This document shows positions 42,673 to 55,519 of a DNA stretch of 64,000 bases, one piece after another. Origin of the DNA: the human T2T-CHM13v2.0 reference genome, Homo sapiens; the NCBI RefSeq assembly GCF_009914755.1, contig NC_060934.1, one strand, 5' to 3'. The translations under genes and the position numbers were made by a program. Within the stretch, counting starts at the first letter, position 1, and each line of letters begins with the position of its first letter. Below the pieces are notes generated by a model. It did no database searches, was not told where the DNA came from, and worked only from the letters and a program-made list of their open reading frames with translations.

Positions 42673-43016
42673 GACTACTCTTATCATGATCATTCAGTTA
42701 TGCAAGGGATGAAAAAGCCCACACTGGATGAATTTCTATTTGAAAATCAATAGATGAAGTCAACTTTAAGAAAACAATGTGAAAATAATAGTGTTCCCAA
42801 CTTTTATGTCATGTTCATTTCCTCCTTCATTCCTTCCTTCACGCTATTTATTTCATGTGGAAGGCTCTCCCCAAGCCCTGCCCTTCGTCATTTTATATTC
42901 CATCTGTCTTCAAAGTCAAGCTCAAGTTTGATCACCACAATGTCTTTCCTGGATTCTTTAGCCCGTTCTCCTTTCTCTCTCTTCCCCTTTTTCTCACTTG
43001 TTCTCTTTCTCCTTAG

Positions 43017-43361
<345 letters not shown>

Positions 43362-43518
43362 AACAAATTTTTATTTAATTAAAATGACCAAATTTAGCAT
43401 TTGTTTTAATTCATAACTCCCTTGGTTGAAATAGAAAGTCCACTTTAACTAGTTTAGGCAAAGAGAGGAAGTAGGGGAAGGGGGAAGGGAGGGAAGGGAG
43501 GAGAGAGAAAGAGAGAAA

Positions 43519-43564
43519 TGTGTGTGTATGTGTGTGTGTGTGTGTGTGTGGTGTGTATGTGTGT
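43519..43564. repeat. (TG)n microsatellite
   Basis: Direct reading. Confidence 0.95.
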
Positions 43565-43649
43565 TTATTAGACCTCTCTGAACCAAATAATAGGAAGAGC
43601 AAAAGCGAGGGTAGAATTGACCTTAAGCCTGTTGGGAATGAAAGCTGTC

Positions 43650-43975
43650 AACTTTCTCTCAGCCTCTCATCCCCACTTCTGATGGATTGATGTTTTATTC
43701 TTTCCTTCACCTGACGGAAGACATGGCTGCTGGTGGCACAGCAGTTCTGTGATCAGGCAGAAGAAAAGGATCACTGTCTTCCAGAGCTACTGTTAAAAAT
43801 CTCAGGAAGAAGTCTTATTGCCTTGGTTTTGTCACATGCTCACCCTTGACCTAATAACCATAGCTAGGGAGTTGACATCCACCGACTAGCCCAGGCTGGG
43901 TCACGTGTATACTCCACTGTGGCCAGGAAAGATGGGAAGAAGGGTTGCTAGATAGGCAACAAGAACATATTCAGT
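43650..43975 (-). mobile_element. Old MLT1 (K/L-like) LTR fragment
   Basis: GTCACATGCTCACCCTTGACCTAATAACCATAGCTAGGG...GCCCAGGCTGGGTCACGTG. Confidence 0.55.
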
Positions 43976-44288
43976 GCATCATCTAATTCCACACTGATTC
44001 ATATTGATCTGCTTTTACGTCTTATCTCCCTAACAGTAGTATGCTCTTTAAAGAGTATGGCTTATTTTGCAAGAGAGGTCAAGTACTGCCTGCCACACAC
44101 ATACTTCGTTCTTTGAGAAATTGCCCCCAGGATACTCTGCCTAGGCACCTATGCTTTGAACCAGTTGATACTGACCTCTGTCCTCTACCTCAGCTGATGA
44201 CTAAAGTGGGCATCAGACCTGAGGATGGTCAGTCTTCTGGTTGGCTCATGACCTATGACGTACTGCAAATGGCTGGCCTGGCTAATTT

Positions 44289-44398
44289 TCTCTCTCTCTC
44301 TCTCTCCCTCTCTCTCTCTCTGTCTCTCTTTCTCTCTCTCCTTCCCCCCCCACCTCTTCTGTCTCTCTCTCTCTCTCTGTCCTCTCACTCACTCCCTC
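44289..44398. repeat. (TC)n-rich polypyrimidine tract
   Basis: Direct reading. Confidence 0.9.
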
Positions 44399-44629
44399 TA
44401 AAGAAACTCAAAAATTTGAACCAATAGAATTGGTCAGCTAGTGGTGGAATCTAAACCAAAAATCTCATGATGTGTAGGATGTTGAAAAGACCATGATGGT
44501 CAGGTACCATCCAGAGTAAAGGGAGAAAAAACTGGGTAAGCAGAGGAATCAGAGGAACCAAGTGAGGGTAGACCTGATAGACACACAGTTAACTGGCCAT
44601 TTACATCACAGAGGATAAGGCAACGATCC

Positions 44630-44795
44630 ATGAACTCAGTGAACAAAAATACAAAGAGTACCTCCGTTGTGCTGGGTGCTGGGAACACAGCAGTGAACAA
44701 GGTAAACACTTTCCTTGTAGCCTAACAGGAACGTAGAGCCAAATGAACAAACCTGCAAACACAAACATTTGTAGTGAGTGGTATGAAGAGAAAGA
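44630..44795 (-). mobile_element. L2 3' fragment
   Basis: GTGCTGGGTGCTGGGAACACAGCAGTGAACAAG. Confidence 0.65.
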
Positions 44796-47700
44796 AACAT
44801 ACTATTGACATGCCCAACATAAATCGAAAACCATTTCCCATCTGCATTCTTCACGATGCCCAGTGCCCATGCAGCCCTATTGTTGAATCTCCATGAAGTT
44901 GTAGCATAAGAATCGAATCATTAACTGAGATCACTCAAGTAGATCCCTTTTCCAACGCAATCAAGAGACAAACCAAAACACTTAGTCTCCTCTTCCATCC
45001 TTTACCTTAGTCAGCACAATGAGCCATCAATATTGGCTTTTGGATGATTCGAAGCAGTGCAAATTGAACATAGTCAAAAGCCCACTCCTTGGAATCTTGT
45101 CAATTGGCAATTTACCGAGATAGAAAACGAAGAACTTTCATCTCTCCTCGCTACACCAACTTCAACCTTGATGCAAGATTTTAACACTGTAGAATCCTTT
45201 CAGTTCAGCACTCTTGGGTCAGTACGAGTCCAAAGCTATTTTCGGATCCTTGATCTGCCTGAAATATGCAAATAGGACCTTCCCTGGGATATGTGCCATG
45301 TGCTCAAAGTGGGAAAAGATGGGTTGAGATGAAGGAAGAGTCCCCTGGTAGGCGATGACCCAGTGACAAGAGAAAAGCAGTAGGCATCTGTGAGGGTGAA
45401 GGAGGGGAAGGAAGCCAATGCTACTGTCTCTTCTGGGTGACACGGCAGAGGTTCAGGGGGACACATGTTATTTCTGCCCACCTCACTCCTCTTTCCCATT
45501 CTTCTGGGAATATTTTTTTCCTTTGGGGGTTCCCTCTTCCCAGCCACATGACCTAATCAATTTCAAGCCCCTTTCCCATCCTTTCTCTGGGCTTATAGGG
45601 TAGTTTAAATTTGGCTTCTATCACTTGCTCCCCAAAGAATTAGGAAGGTTCTACTTGGCTCTGTCTCTGAGATCGGGAACCACACACTTAAACAAAGGAA
45701 GCCTACGAGCCTTGTAAGTGGAGGGTCCCAATGGGGTTAATAAGAGATTGACTTCCTTATGGGGAGTGTCGAGCCCAGACTCATACCCTAGGTGTGAATG
45801 TGGGGCTGTGCAGGCCTTCTTGGCTGCATGTGGACCTAAGAGAACAAGTTGCACTAGACTACTCTATTTAAGAGCTACTTTGATTGAAAGAACAAGCCAA
45901 ATAATAATGATGGTAATTATAACTTATTTCCCTCACTAAGTTATATCTTTTTATGAAGGCCACTTGGAAACAAGAATCTCCCCTTTGTATGCACATGGAA
46001 ATGAGACACCTGAGAAGTGTGCTCACCATGGGTCACAGCTTGTGGCATTTCCCCGTTCGCTGCCTTTAAGGCTCTCAAAAGAACAGAGTGCTTACATTTT
46101 TCCTTGTTTGTCTCAATTCCTTTATCAGTGGTTTCCTTTCAATTCTATTTTTTTTAAAAAAAAGCCTTTTGATTTTCTTCATATAGCCTTAAAGAGATCA
46201 GTAAATTTCAAACCCACTTTGCAGCTTTGCTGACTACTAAGTTTCTACTCTTGCTGGTTGGGCCCCACCTGGCAGGGGCTTCCAGGCGACTTTCTTTCTC
46301 GGGCTGCACCAGGCATTTTCACGTGGACAAAATGTGAAAAGCGAGGCCCACGGGAAGCCACGCAAACACTGTGACACACTGTCTTGCAAAATCTCTCGTG
46401 ACCTAGTGGAGTGAAAAGTCCAAGTTCATTTTATCCAGCATGAAAAAGCCCAGTGGTCAGGGACAGTGACCCACTGTGCTCTGGACAGCCCTGCATGTGA
46501 CTGGTGAAAGCTCCCTTCTGTAAGAGCAGTGGGGACGGCCAGGGGAAATGCTCGTCTGGCCTCCTGGGTAACTCAGCCTGTGTCCCTCGCCGGGTTGCTG
46601 GGCTGAGCCGGAAGTCCAAGAGGGAGCCTTTTCCAGCTCTGGCCGCCAGGCCACATGGGACATGCAAAGCCATTCCAATGCTCCATGAAAGAGCATAGAG
46701 CAGCCATTGTCATGTAAAATTAGCCTGGGCAAAACCCCAGAGAACATAGCATTGGATGCCATCCGGCTCACCCTGAACAAGGGCATGTGAGAGATAAAGA
46801 CTGTTCCAGCGCCTGCTTTTGGTCATCAGCGTTTTCCCAATTCCTCACTGTCCATCTGCTACTTTTCATCTCCCTCCTGCCCTGAATTCATTGATCACCA
46901 CTTTGCTTCCCAGCAGATGAGATCCAGGAGACGGAAGTCTCCTCGTAGCCGCAGAGGAAAGGGAGAATCCAAGGAATGAATCCACTGGCCTTATGTTTGC
47001 CAAAGCTCCATTAAAACTGCACTCCCATTTAGCAAACTGATTTTTGGCTCTTCTTCCCGACTTGCTTCTCTCCATCAAATGTCTACTTTGCCTAAGATCA
47101 CCCTCAGGCCTGATAACCCAGAATTAGGGCACGGTCTGGTGTCCCCTGAGGCCTTTTATTAAAAGCCAAGGCTGCTGACATTCTGCATAATACCTCCCCC
47201 AAAGAAGGCTTCGGCTTTCTCTCCATGCCTATGAAAAGCTCAGAGCTTGCCAATAGCGAATTGTTCTGACCCACTAGAGCCAGCCAGAGCCAGGGCAAAT
47301 TTTCTGTAGGCCTCTCATCAATTACCATTTATTTTCCAGGCTGGACACTCCTTGTGGAGCAAGGCAGGAAGCTGAACTGTGCTCAGAGACGATCCTGGCA
47401 GTGAAAACGCCAGAGTACTAAATGAAAAACCGATTTTCCAACTTCTCCAAGAAGTGGGCCTCACAGGCCACCGTAAGGATTGATTTGAATATTGTCATTT
47501 CTTGACACCCCAGGCTGAATTTTCCAGGACACAAAGGTATAAGGTGTTCCATCTACTTGATCATTTTTATGGCCCATGGGGAGGTAGAAGGGAACAAGTA
47601 ATTGGATGCACCAAGCTATAGAACAAACGAAACTGTAAAATCTTTGCCATCAAGTCCTGGGTCAAAGTGACTGGCTCTTAGATATGCAAGAAATCTGGCC

Positions 47701-48059
47701 TTTCTCAGAATAACAAACGGGAATGGAGCCTCCAGCAATAAGTCAAAAAGTGAGTCTTTCCTGGGCTTCAAGGAGCAGACAGTGTTTCCCATTAACCATC
47801 CAATATTGAAGAAAAAGAGCCACCTAAGAAATTAATTTTGGGTTACAAACTAGCGAGAACTATTGGTAGGAAATAAATCAAAACAGGCATACTGGTTGTG
47901 CTGCAGTGATAGGGTTGGTGGTGGGTATTTTTTTCTCTCTTTTCCTAACTTCCTGTATAGTATAATCATTTATATTATTTTTTTTAGTATTTTCAGAAAG
48001 CTTCTCTCCCTTTTATAGCGTGCATGCCACCCAAATACCTAGTTCAAAAGTTTGGCACT

Positions 48060-48880
48060 TATTCTGAATGCCTTTCTTGGTTTCCCCTTAAATATCTCAA
48101 TTCATGCCTCACGTTGTCCCTGTCTCCACCTCTCTGTTCTAGTGGAGGCACTTGGTGCCATTTCACTCCTCTTTCTGGTCATTGACATCCTTTCCAAATG
48201 GCTTCCCAGTTGCTGGTCTCACTCATTGTCCTGCTCATCCTCCACCCACAGCCAGAGGGAGCTTTCCAAAATACAAAGGTGGTAGTGCCACATTCCTGTT
48301 TACCCTCTTCAATGCTCATCACTGCCCCAAAAGACAATATCAATTCGTTTCCATACCCAGGACTTTCCAAACCCCAACCTGCCATGTTCTTCAACCCCAT
48401 CCTTCCCTCTGCAACCACTCTCCCCAGTTTCCCTCCAGATCCTTTCTCTCCAGAAATACTCAGCTTCTTGCAGTTTCCTCACCCACCTATCCATCCTCCA
48501 CCCTCATAGCTTATTCCAGCCACAGGCCTTCATGTAACATTCCCTTTGCCTGAAATGCCCCTCCACCCACCACCACCCACCCACCATTGAGGAGCTGCTG
48601 GGCCACCTCCTGGGCCTCCATAAAGTTCAAGCATAGCACGCTTCCCACCCAAGCAGGAGCCAATGGCCACATACTTTGTTCTTCACTGACCCTGTCCTTG
48701 TGATAGCACACAGCTGTGGAGCTGGGAATCCACATTTTTGTCTCTCTCAGTAGACTGTGCACTCCAAGAGGACAGACCCAATTTGATCATTGCTGTACCC
48801 TCAGTGCCTGGCTTTGATAGTGCTTGGCACAGAGAGAAGCTTTAATGAATATTTGTTGATTTACTGAAAGGATGAGGGTA
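48060..48880 (+). mobile_element. L2 3' portion
   Basis: CACAGCCAGAGGGAGCTTTCCAAAATACAAA...TAGACTGTGCACTCCAAGAGGACAG...GTGCTTGGCACAGAG...AATATTTGTTGA. Confidence 0.75.
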
Positions 48881-49114
48881 AATCAAGGAATGAAAATGTG
48901 ACTTCTGGCCATCCTTGTGACCATATTTAAAATGGTATCATCTAAAGTACTCAAGAAAAAGCAAGTCACATCGAGTGTCTATTGGTTCCCCCTTTTGGCT
49001 TTTTGTCTCTCTCACTGCTTTACCCTTTCCAGGCCCCAAACAAGTGTCTACAAGGAAAGTATAAAGCAGTACCTACCAGAATTTGTTGTGTCTTAGTGCA
49101 GCTGTGCTTAGGAC

Positions 49115-49419
49115 TTCATTGGCAAAGGATTATGGGTGACATAATGGTGGGGCCTACATATTACAGTGTGGTTCAGTGGCAAAGGATTATGAGTGGCATA
49201 ATGGTGGGGCCAGTGTATTACAATGTAGTTCAGTGGCAAAGGATTATGGGTGACACAATGGTGTGGCCTGTATAATATTACAGTGTAGTTTAGTAGCAAA
49301 GGATTATGGGTGACACAATGGTGGGGCCTACGTATTACAGTGTAGTTCAGTGGCAAAGGATTATGAGTGACACAATGGTGGGGCCTATGTATTACAGTGT
49401 GGTTCAGTGGCAAAGGATT
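49115..49419. repeat. 57-bp minisatellite, ~5.3 copies
   Basis: Consensus TTCAGTGGCAAAGGATTATGGGTGACACAATGGTGGGGCCTACGTATTACAGTGTAG; units start at 49115, 49172, 49229, 49289, 49346, 49403 (third unit is 60 bp). Confidence 0.97.
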
Positions 49420-49694
49420 CTGGTGTCAACACTGTATTACAGGAAGGTCCAGGTTTTGAAAAGGAGGATATTCCTAATAGAAATATCTGCTGCAATTACA
49501 GGTACCCTACCTCAGTCTCCTCTTTGTGCATTACAGATCATTAACTATTTGACAGAGGATAAGGCAAACATACAGAGAAACCCAAAGCCAAAGTCGTGGA
49601 AGCCACTGTGAAATGAAGATTAGCTAGAAAGGAAGATAAAATATCCCTGAAATTCTAATGTAAATCCATGGGAAAGAAAAGTTTGTTAACACAC

Positions 49695-50320
49695 TGCTGA
49701 AAAGTCCAGAGTCTGGGTTCTAGCCCATCTAGCCATTAGTTGTGTGACCTTGGACAAGCCATCTAAACTTTTAGAACCTTAGTTTCTGCAGTGTAAAATG
49801 AAGAGGGGATTGAAGTTGGTGTCCTATGAAAAGATGTGAAATTGTTTCAGAACACTAAAAATCTGTTCACAATACAACAGTAAGAACCCAGGCCATGGCG
49901 AGAGAAGTGGGTTCAAGTCCTGGAACTGCGGCTGTGTTTCACTTGTATGTCCTTGGGCAGACTTTCTAAGCTCTTTGAGCTTCAGTTTCCTAATCTGAAG
50001 ATTGGGGCTTATGCCATGGAACTTCTAGAGCAGTTGGGAGGAATAGGAAGTAGTGTATATGTAGTGAAGTTAGCTCTGATTATCGTTGGGTTTTGAGGCC
50101 ACACAGCATAGTAGTTAGGAGTTTGGACCCACCTGGTTTGAAACCCCAGCTGTGCTGTATGACCTTGGGCAGGCTACTTACTTTCTCTGCACCTCTATTT
50201 TTTCCTGTGACAGATGGAGAGAATGGTTTTACCTACCTCAAAGAATTATTAAGGGGATTCAATAAGATAAATATAATAAATAAGTGTGAAGATATTGCTC
50301 AGGATCTGGCTGGCAATGCT
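49695..50320 (+). mobile_element. Three consecutive same-orientation MIR copies (~49695-49870, ~49895-50065, ~50097-50320)
   Basis: Each has the TGACCTTGG(G/A)CA...AGTTTC...GTAAAATG-type MIR core. Confidence 0.75.
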
Positions 50321-52089
50321 TTTGCCCTTTCACTGCCTGAACTGAGTCCACAGGACCGGGTGCTCCAGCCCCTCCCACTCTGGCTCCTTCTTGGCTCAGC
50401 CCCCTGAAGTCAGAAGGGCCCTTCCTTCCCATCCTTTCAGAAGGAAGAGAGAAGAGGAAGGCAAGGTCCCAGTGACAGGGGAAGGGCCCAAGATGACCTT
50501 GGAGGCACAGAGAAAGCTGCCTGGAACTCAACTGCCCTCAGAGCCCACTGGTTCACCCCCCCTCACCTCTCTTGGTTTCTGAAGCTTAAAATAGCCTGAA
50601 CCGGTGTGGCCACATTTCACTGTGCCACTCGGAGAGAACCCCTAGGGTGTTTTCAAAGCTAGTGCTGAGCTCCTCGGGGCAGGCTCCAGCTATAAGTTAT
50701 TCATACACACCCTAGCTCCACCAGGTCTGCTGCAAAAATGTGTTCTGAGCGCTTTTCTGCTAAGGCCCCATCTACAGGCAGCTCCACTTGCTGGGAGGGG
50801 TCAGATCAGTCAGCTACTTTATTTAATAAAGAGGGATTCTGAAACCCTTCCGTGGCTGCTAGGAGTGCTGCTGACCAGAGCAAAGCGACCACAGGTTCTA
50901 AGCAGAGGCAGGGGCTGCATGGTGGGGAAAGGCATAGCCTGGGAGTCAGGCAATTGGTGTTCTAGATCCACCTCCGCCTACACCGTTAGATGATCTGAAA
51001 TAAGTCACCTCCCCTCTCTTTGCCTCTGTAGGTCTCTCAAACTGGTTCTGTCCTCTGCTACGTACTAGTCTCATTCTTAGACCTTATATGATGTCAAGAT
51101 GGCTTCCAGCAGCTCCAAACCTACTTCCTCTCATGTTCACATCCAGCAGGAAACAAAGAGGGCTTCCCTTCCCCTCGTTAGCCAGACCAAAGTCCTGCCC
51201 TGACCCCTGTAGCTTGAGTTGGGCTATGTGCCCATCTAGGGTAGGGGACATGGTGAGCTGGCCCACAGAGCCCACTCTGACCTCCTTCTGGGGCTTCCGT
51301 ATACTGCAAAGGCTGGAAAACTGAAATATACATCCACAGCCTCCCTCTAAGCTGGGGTTCTGCAAGCACATCAGGTCCCAGCCACAGGATGTGGTAGGGT
51401 GAGATTTGAAAGACAGCCGTGAGAGAGGCACTCTTTTCTTGCTGTGGCTCCTGGCCCAGGACGGTTGTTTCAGTGTCCAGTCTCTAGCTTCTCAGATGTT
51501 GAAAAGCTTCAGAACCCTAGCCTGTAGCAACTGGATGTATTCTTGAATACAGGGGTTCTAGTGGGGGCCTCCTCACTCTCTGCCTTCTTGTTTGATCACT
51601 GGTGGGCAATGGGCATCTTTCAGGAAACCCAGCCAGAGCCTGCTCCTTCAGTCCTTCCAGTGATTTCATGAGCACCTGTTGCTTTGTGTTGAATACCTTT
51701 CTGATTAAAAACTGCCAGAGTAATTCCTTGTATCTGACTGCTGGCCAAGGCACCATCCCTGAACCAGTCACTGGGCCAGAGAGAGAGGAATGTGCTGATT
51801 GCCTAGAATTTGACATATACACCCGTCTCCGGGGTCTGTGTTGATCATCTCTGCCAACAGATACAGACCAAGAAAGAGAAGAGTTTCCTGAAATTACTAT
51901 TACTTTAATATTGCTAAATTGCTTTAATAATTAAATTACAATGATTAAAATGGGGAATTGAAATTGGGCAACCAAAATCAGCAAATTCCCACTACCTATC
52001 CCAACCCAGATCTCACGGTGGGGAGCTCTAGAAGGCAGATAAATGGAATAGCCGCAGACATGAAGATTTTGTCCAGGTCAAACTTACGA

Positions 52090-52516
52090 TGCAGCAGACA
52101 TTGATGGTGCCACACCCAGATACCACCAATCTCCCTCGTGTGCCCAACACCTGGTTTCTTGAGGAAAACTCTCCTGGGTGACCCGAGCCACTTTGCCCAT
52201 GCTCATAGACAGCTGGTGGGGGTGGGCGCCTGGAAGCTCACCTTGCCCAGGTTGACCCTTAACCAATGACTGACCACAGCCTGGGGCTGAAAGGCCAGCT
52301 CCCCTGCCTCAAGTACGAACTGACTCTAAGGTTTAATTTACATTCCAGAGCTCCCCTGTGGGGTTGAGCCTAGGTTGAGACTTGGCTGGAGATGGAACCT
52401 GTGCTTAGCTTCTTCCCCTTCCTTATCCTGCTCCCCAAGCTCCTAGAGGATTTTCTGCATCAATCATTAGCACAGGAATCCTCTTCTCAGCGTCTTCTCC
52501 AAGGAACCCAGCCATA
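52090..52516 (+). mobile_element. LTR16-family ERVL LTR
   Basis: CCCTTAACCAATGACTGAC...CCAGCTCCCCTGCCTCAAG...CCAGAGCTCCCCTGTGGG...GAATCCTCTTCTCAGCGTCTTCTCCAAGGAACCCA. Confidence 0.75.
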
Positions 52517-53594
52517 TTGAAATGGCCAGAATCATTCAACAGCTTGGCATGAAAATGATCAGTTTTCAGCCAGCGAAAACTCTGACCTCTACTCTGCCTC
52601 ACTTGGAACATGACATTGTCAATGTTGAAGTGAGTCTTGCTTCCCAGCTAAGATTCAGGCTGTAAAATAGGTTCCTTCTTTTTAGAAGAGACCATTCCTT
52701 GGGGATCTTCTATAATTCTTTCTTTGTCTTTCAGCCAAGATTGGAGCCTTGCAAACCTAAGACATCAATTAATCTTGTTTTTATTTTCACTGCTCCTTGA
52801 TTAGAAAATGTTAACGATCAGAGGTAACCCCAAGTTCCTTAATAAATATTTGAATAAGGAACGTCTTTCCTTTCATTAGCTTGAGAAAAAGGTCGCTCTG
52901 GTCTTTGTATTTTAATACTGAACTTTTTTTTTTTTTTTTTGTAGAAATCAGAAGGGAGTAGAAGAAACTTAAGTGTCTTTTTCTTTTTCTGAAAAGTAAG
53001 CAAGTTCATTGCACCACTAGCAGATACATAAAGGCTAAAGCCTGACCTCACAGGGCCCAAGAACAATTCCTGACCCCAGCCAAGATGAACACTGGGAATT
53101 TCCTTCTTAAGCAGCGGTTCAAGTGTCCAAATCAGTAAACGTCTTTGTCTTGGCGCCATGCAACCCACAGTCTCGCTACCTCCTACTGGGAGGGCCCATT
53201 ACTGGGGAGATGGTTATATTGTAAGAAAACCTCTGTTTGCCAAATTGGAGGGTTGGGTAATTACAATTCCAGGACTTCACGTAGGTGGTTTCTTCAAAGG
53301 CCTTCATTTATTTGCTGCTTAGTGTAGAAGAAACTTCATTTATGCAGTTTCTTTTGCTCCCAGGGAGCCTAAGAGCTTGGTACAGCTAATGGACTGCTTA
53401 TCACTGACTTTAATATAGTTCCAGGCAGCTTAATGCTAAAGCAACTTGATGATTTGATATGAAAAGCATCTATTTTTACTGAGAATGGAAGATTAACTAC
53501 TCAGGTGTCCATTCAGAAAACAATGTAGCTGGCCAAAGACATTTGTTTCTAGAAAGAGACAGAGGCAGGAGAGAGAGACAGGGACAGAGAGAGA

Positions 53595-53752
53595 GGAAGG
53601 AAGGAAAGGAAGGAAGGGAAGGAAGGAGGGAAGGAAGGAAGGAAGGAAGGAAGGAAGGAAGGAAGGAAGGAAGGAAGGAGGGAGGGAGGGAGGGAGGGAG
53701 GGAGGGAAGGAAGGAAGGAAGGAAGGAAGGAAGGAAGGAAGGAAGGAAGGAA
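53595..53752. repeat. Polypurine microsatellite with core (GGAA)12(GGAG)7(GGAA)12
   Basis: Counted: GGAA 53629-53676, GGAG 53677-53704, GGAA 53705-53752. Confidence 0.97.
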
Positions 53753-53819
53753 AAGAGGGAGAGAAGAAGAGAGAGTATACATGAATATATGCTGGTAAAT
53801 ATTAATCCCTGGCAGACAA

Positions 53820-54159
53820 GGCCGGCTCTGTCCAATAGAAATATGATGGGAGACGTGTGTAATTATAAAGTTTCTAGTAATCACATTAAAAAAATTAAAA
53901 ACCAGAAGAAAGTAAAACTACGTTTAATAACATATTTCATTTAACCTAATATATCCTAATGTCACCTTTAATAATTATTTAATAATTAATGTAACCATTA
54001 ATGTTTGAAATGAAATTATCATTTCAACGTGCACTCAATAGAAAGAATATTAATAAGATATATTGCATCCGCTTTTCCTAATTTTTCTAAGTCTTCACAG
54101 TCCCATGTGCTTTCTGCACTTACAGTACATCCCACCTCAGCCACATCTCAACACTCAAA
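53820..54159 (+). mobile_element. MER33, 3' TIR missing
   Basis: CTGTCCAATAGAAATATGATG...TTTCTAGTAATCACATTAAAAA...CACTTACAGTACATC...GCCACATCTCAACACTCAA. Confidence 0.82.
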
Positions 54160-54234
54160 ACCCTGTGCCAACTGCGGGATGCTGCAGTGGACAAACCAGG
54201 CAAAACCCATCTTTATGGAGCTAACATCCTAATG
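54160..54234 (+). repeat. Local direct duplicate of 54695-54769
   Basis: Ungapped, 62/75 identical by manual count. Confidence 0.9.
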
Positions 54235-54669
54235 TGGCCTGGTCTCTGCCTATGCCACCCGACTGAAAGGACACGAGTGACCTCCAAATGGCCTCTCCTT
54301 ACTCCCAAGCCTCCTTGGCATTCTCTTTGATGGCTCTGCAGTGCGAGTCACATTTGATTATCTATGTCTTGAAATGTTCTCTTCTTGATTTACAAAACCC
54401 GATATTCCTGGTTCCTATCCTGTCCCTCTGGAGCTGTACCCACAGTGCTTTCTCATTGCCCTCCAGATACAAGTTCTCTCTATGTCTGTCTCCATGTGAA
54501 CAGCTCCCAATCCCAGGCTCCCAGGCGGAACCCGGCTCCTCACTCCCAGTTGCCTGCCCCCCACCAACACCTAAGAACAAATGCTCTGGACCAAAACCCT
54601 CATTTCTCCTGCTGCCCGTGCCAGCTCTCTTCCTTGATGCCCCAGGTTTCATCCATGTCACCATCACCA

Positions 54670-55008
54670 CTGAACAAATATTCAGTGAGCACTTACCCTG
54701 TGCCAGCCGTGAGATGCCAAAATGGACAAACCAGACAAAACCCATCTCCATGGAGCCAACATTCTAATGAGAAAGGAAGTCAAATATATAGTGGTGTTAC
54801 GTGACCTCAGCAAGAAGGGGACACGAGAGCAAAGATTTGAAGGGGGCAAGAGCTCAAACCATGCAAATACATTGGGAAGGGCTTGTAAGCCAAGAGACCT
54901 CATGGCTGGGGATGTCCAGTGTTTGGAGTTGGAAGAAACCATGCTACTGGAGTCAAGGGAGCAAGGGGGAGGAAAGAAGGAAAGGAGATCTGAGGGTAGT
55001 GAGGACCC
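54670..55008 (-). mobile_element. L2 3' portion, interrupted downstream by THE1
   Basis: AACAAATATTCAGTGAGCACTTACCCTGTGCCAG...ATGGAGCCAACATTCTAATG. Confidence 0.7.
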
Positions 55009-55367
55009 TGTGTGGTTTGGCTGTGTGCCCATCCAAATCTCATCTTGAATTGTAGCTCCCATAATTACCACATGTTGTGGGAGGGACCTGTGGGAGATAA
55101 TTGAATCATGTGGGCGGCTTCCCCCATACTGTTCTTTTGGTAGTGAATAAGTTGCATGACATCTGATGGTTTTATAAGGGGAAACCCCTTTCGCTTGGTT
55201 CTCATTCTCTCCTTGCCTGCCGCCATGTAAGATGTGACTTTCACCTTCCACCATGATTGTGAGGCCTCCTCAGCCACATGGAAATGAGTCCATTAAACCT
55301 CTTTTTCTTTATAGATTACCTAGCCTCAGGTATGTCTTTATAAGCAGCATGAGAACAGACTAATACA
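55009..55367 (+). mobile_element. THE1B/C-like solo LTR
   Basis: TGTGTGGTTTGGCTGTGT...ACAGACTAATACA; direct repeat GGACCC at 55003-55008 and 55368-55373. Confidence 0.93.
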
Positions 55368-55519
55368 GGACCCTAGAGTGGCAGGCCATCTAGGCCATTG
55401 TGAGGGTTTTGGTTACCCAGGCTTAGAATGCAGGGCTGGTCTTGCCTGTGCTTTTCCATTCATTCAGTGTGCAGAGCTGACCCTCAACCTCCCTAGATCC
55501 CATTTCCTACTCTTCATTT

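Noticed and set aside
49115-49419. Regular repeat array as a possible CRISPR
   Set aside because: Units are contiguous with no unique spacers, there are no cas genes, and the context is human; it is a minisatellite
49695-50320. Three tandem MIRs as a possible local triplication
   Set aside because: Copies appear to share only consensus MIR motifs, consistent with independent ancient insertions
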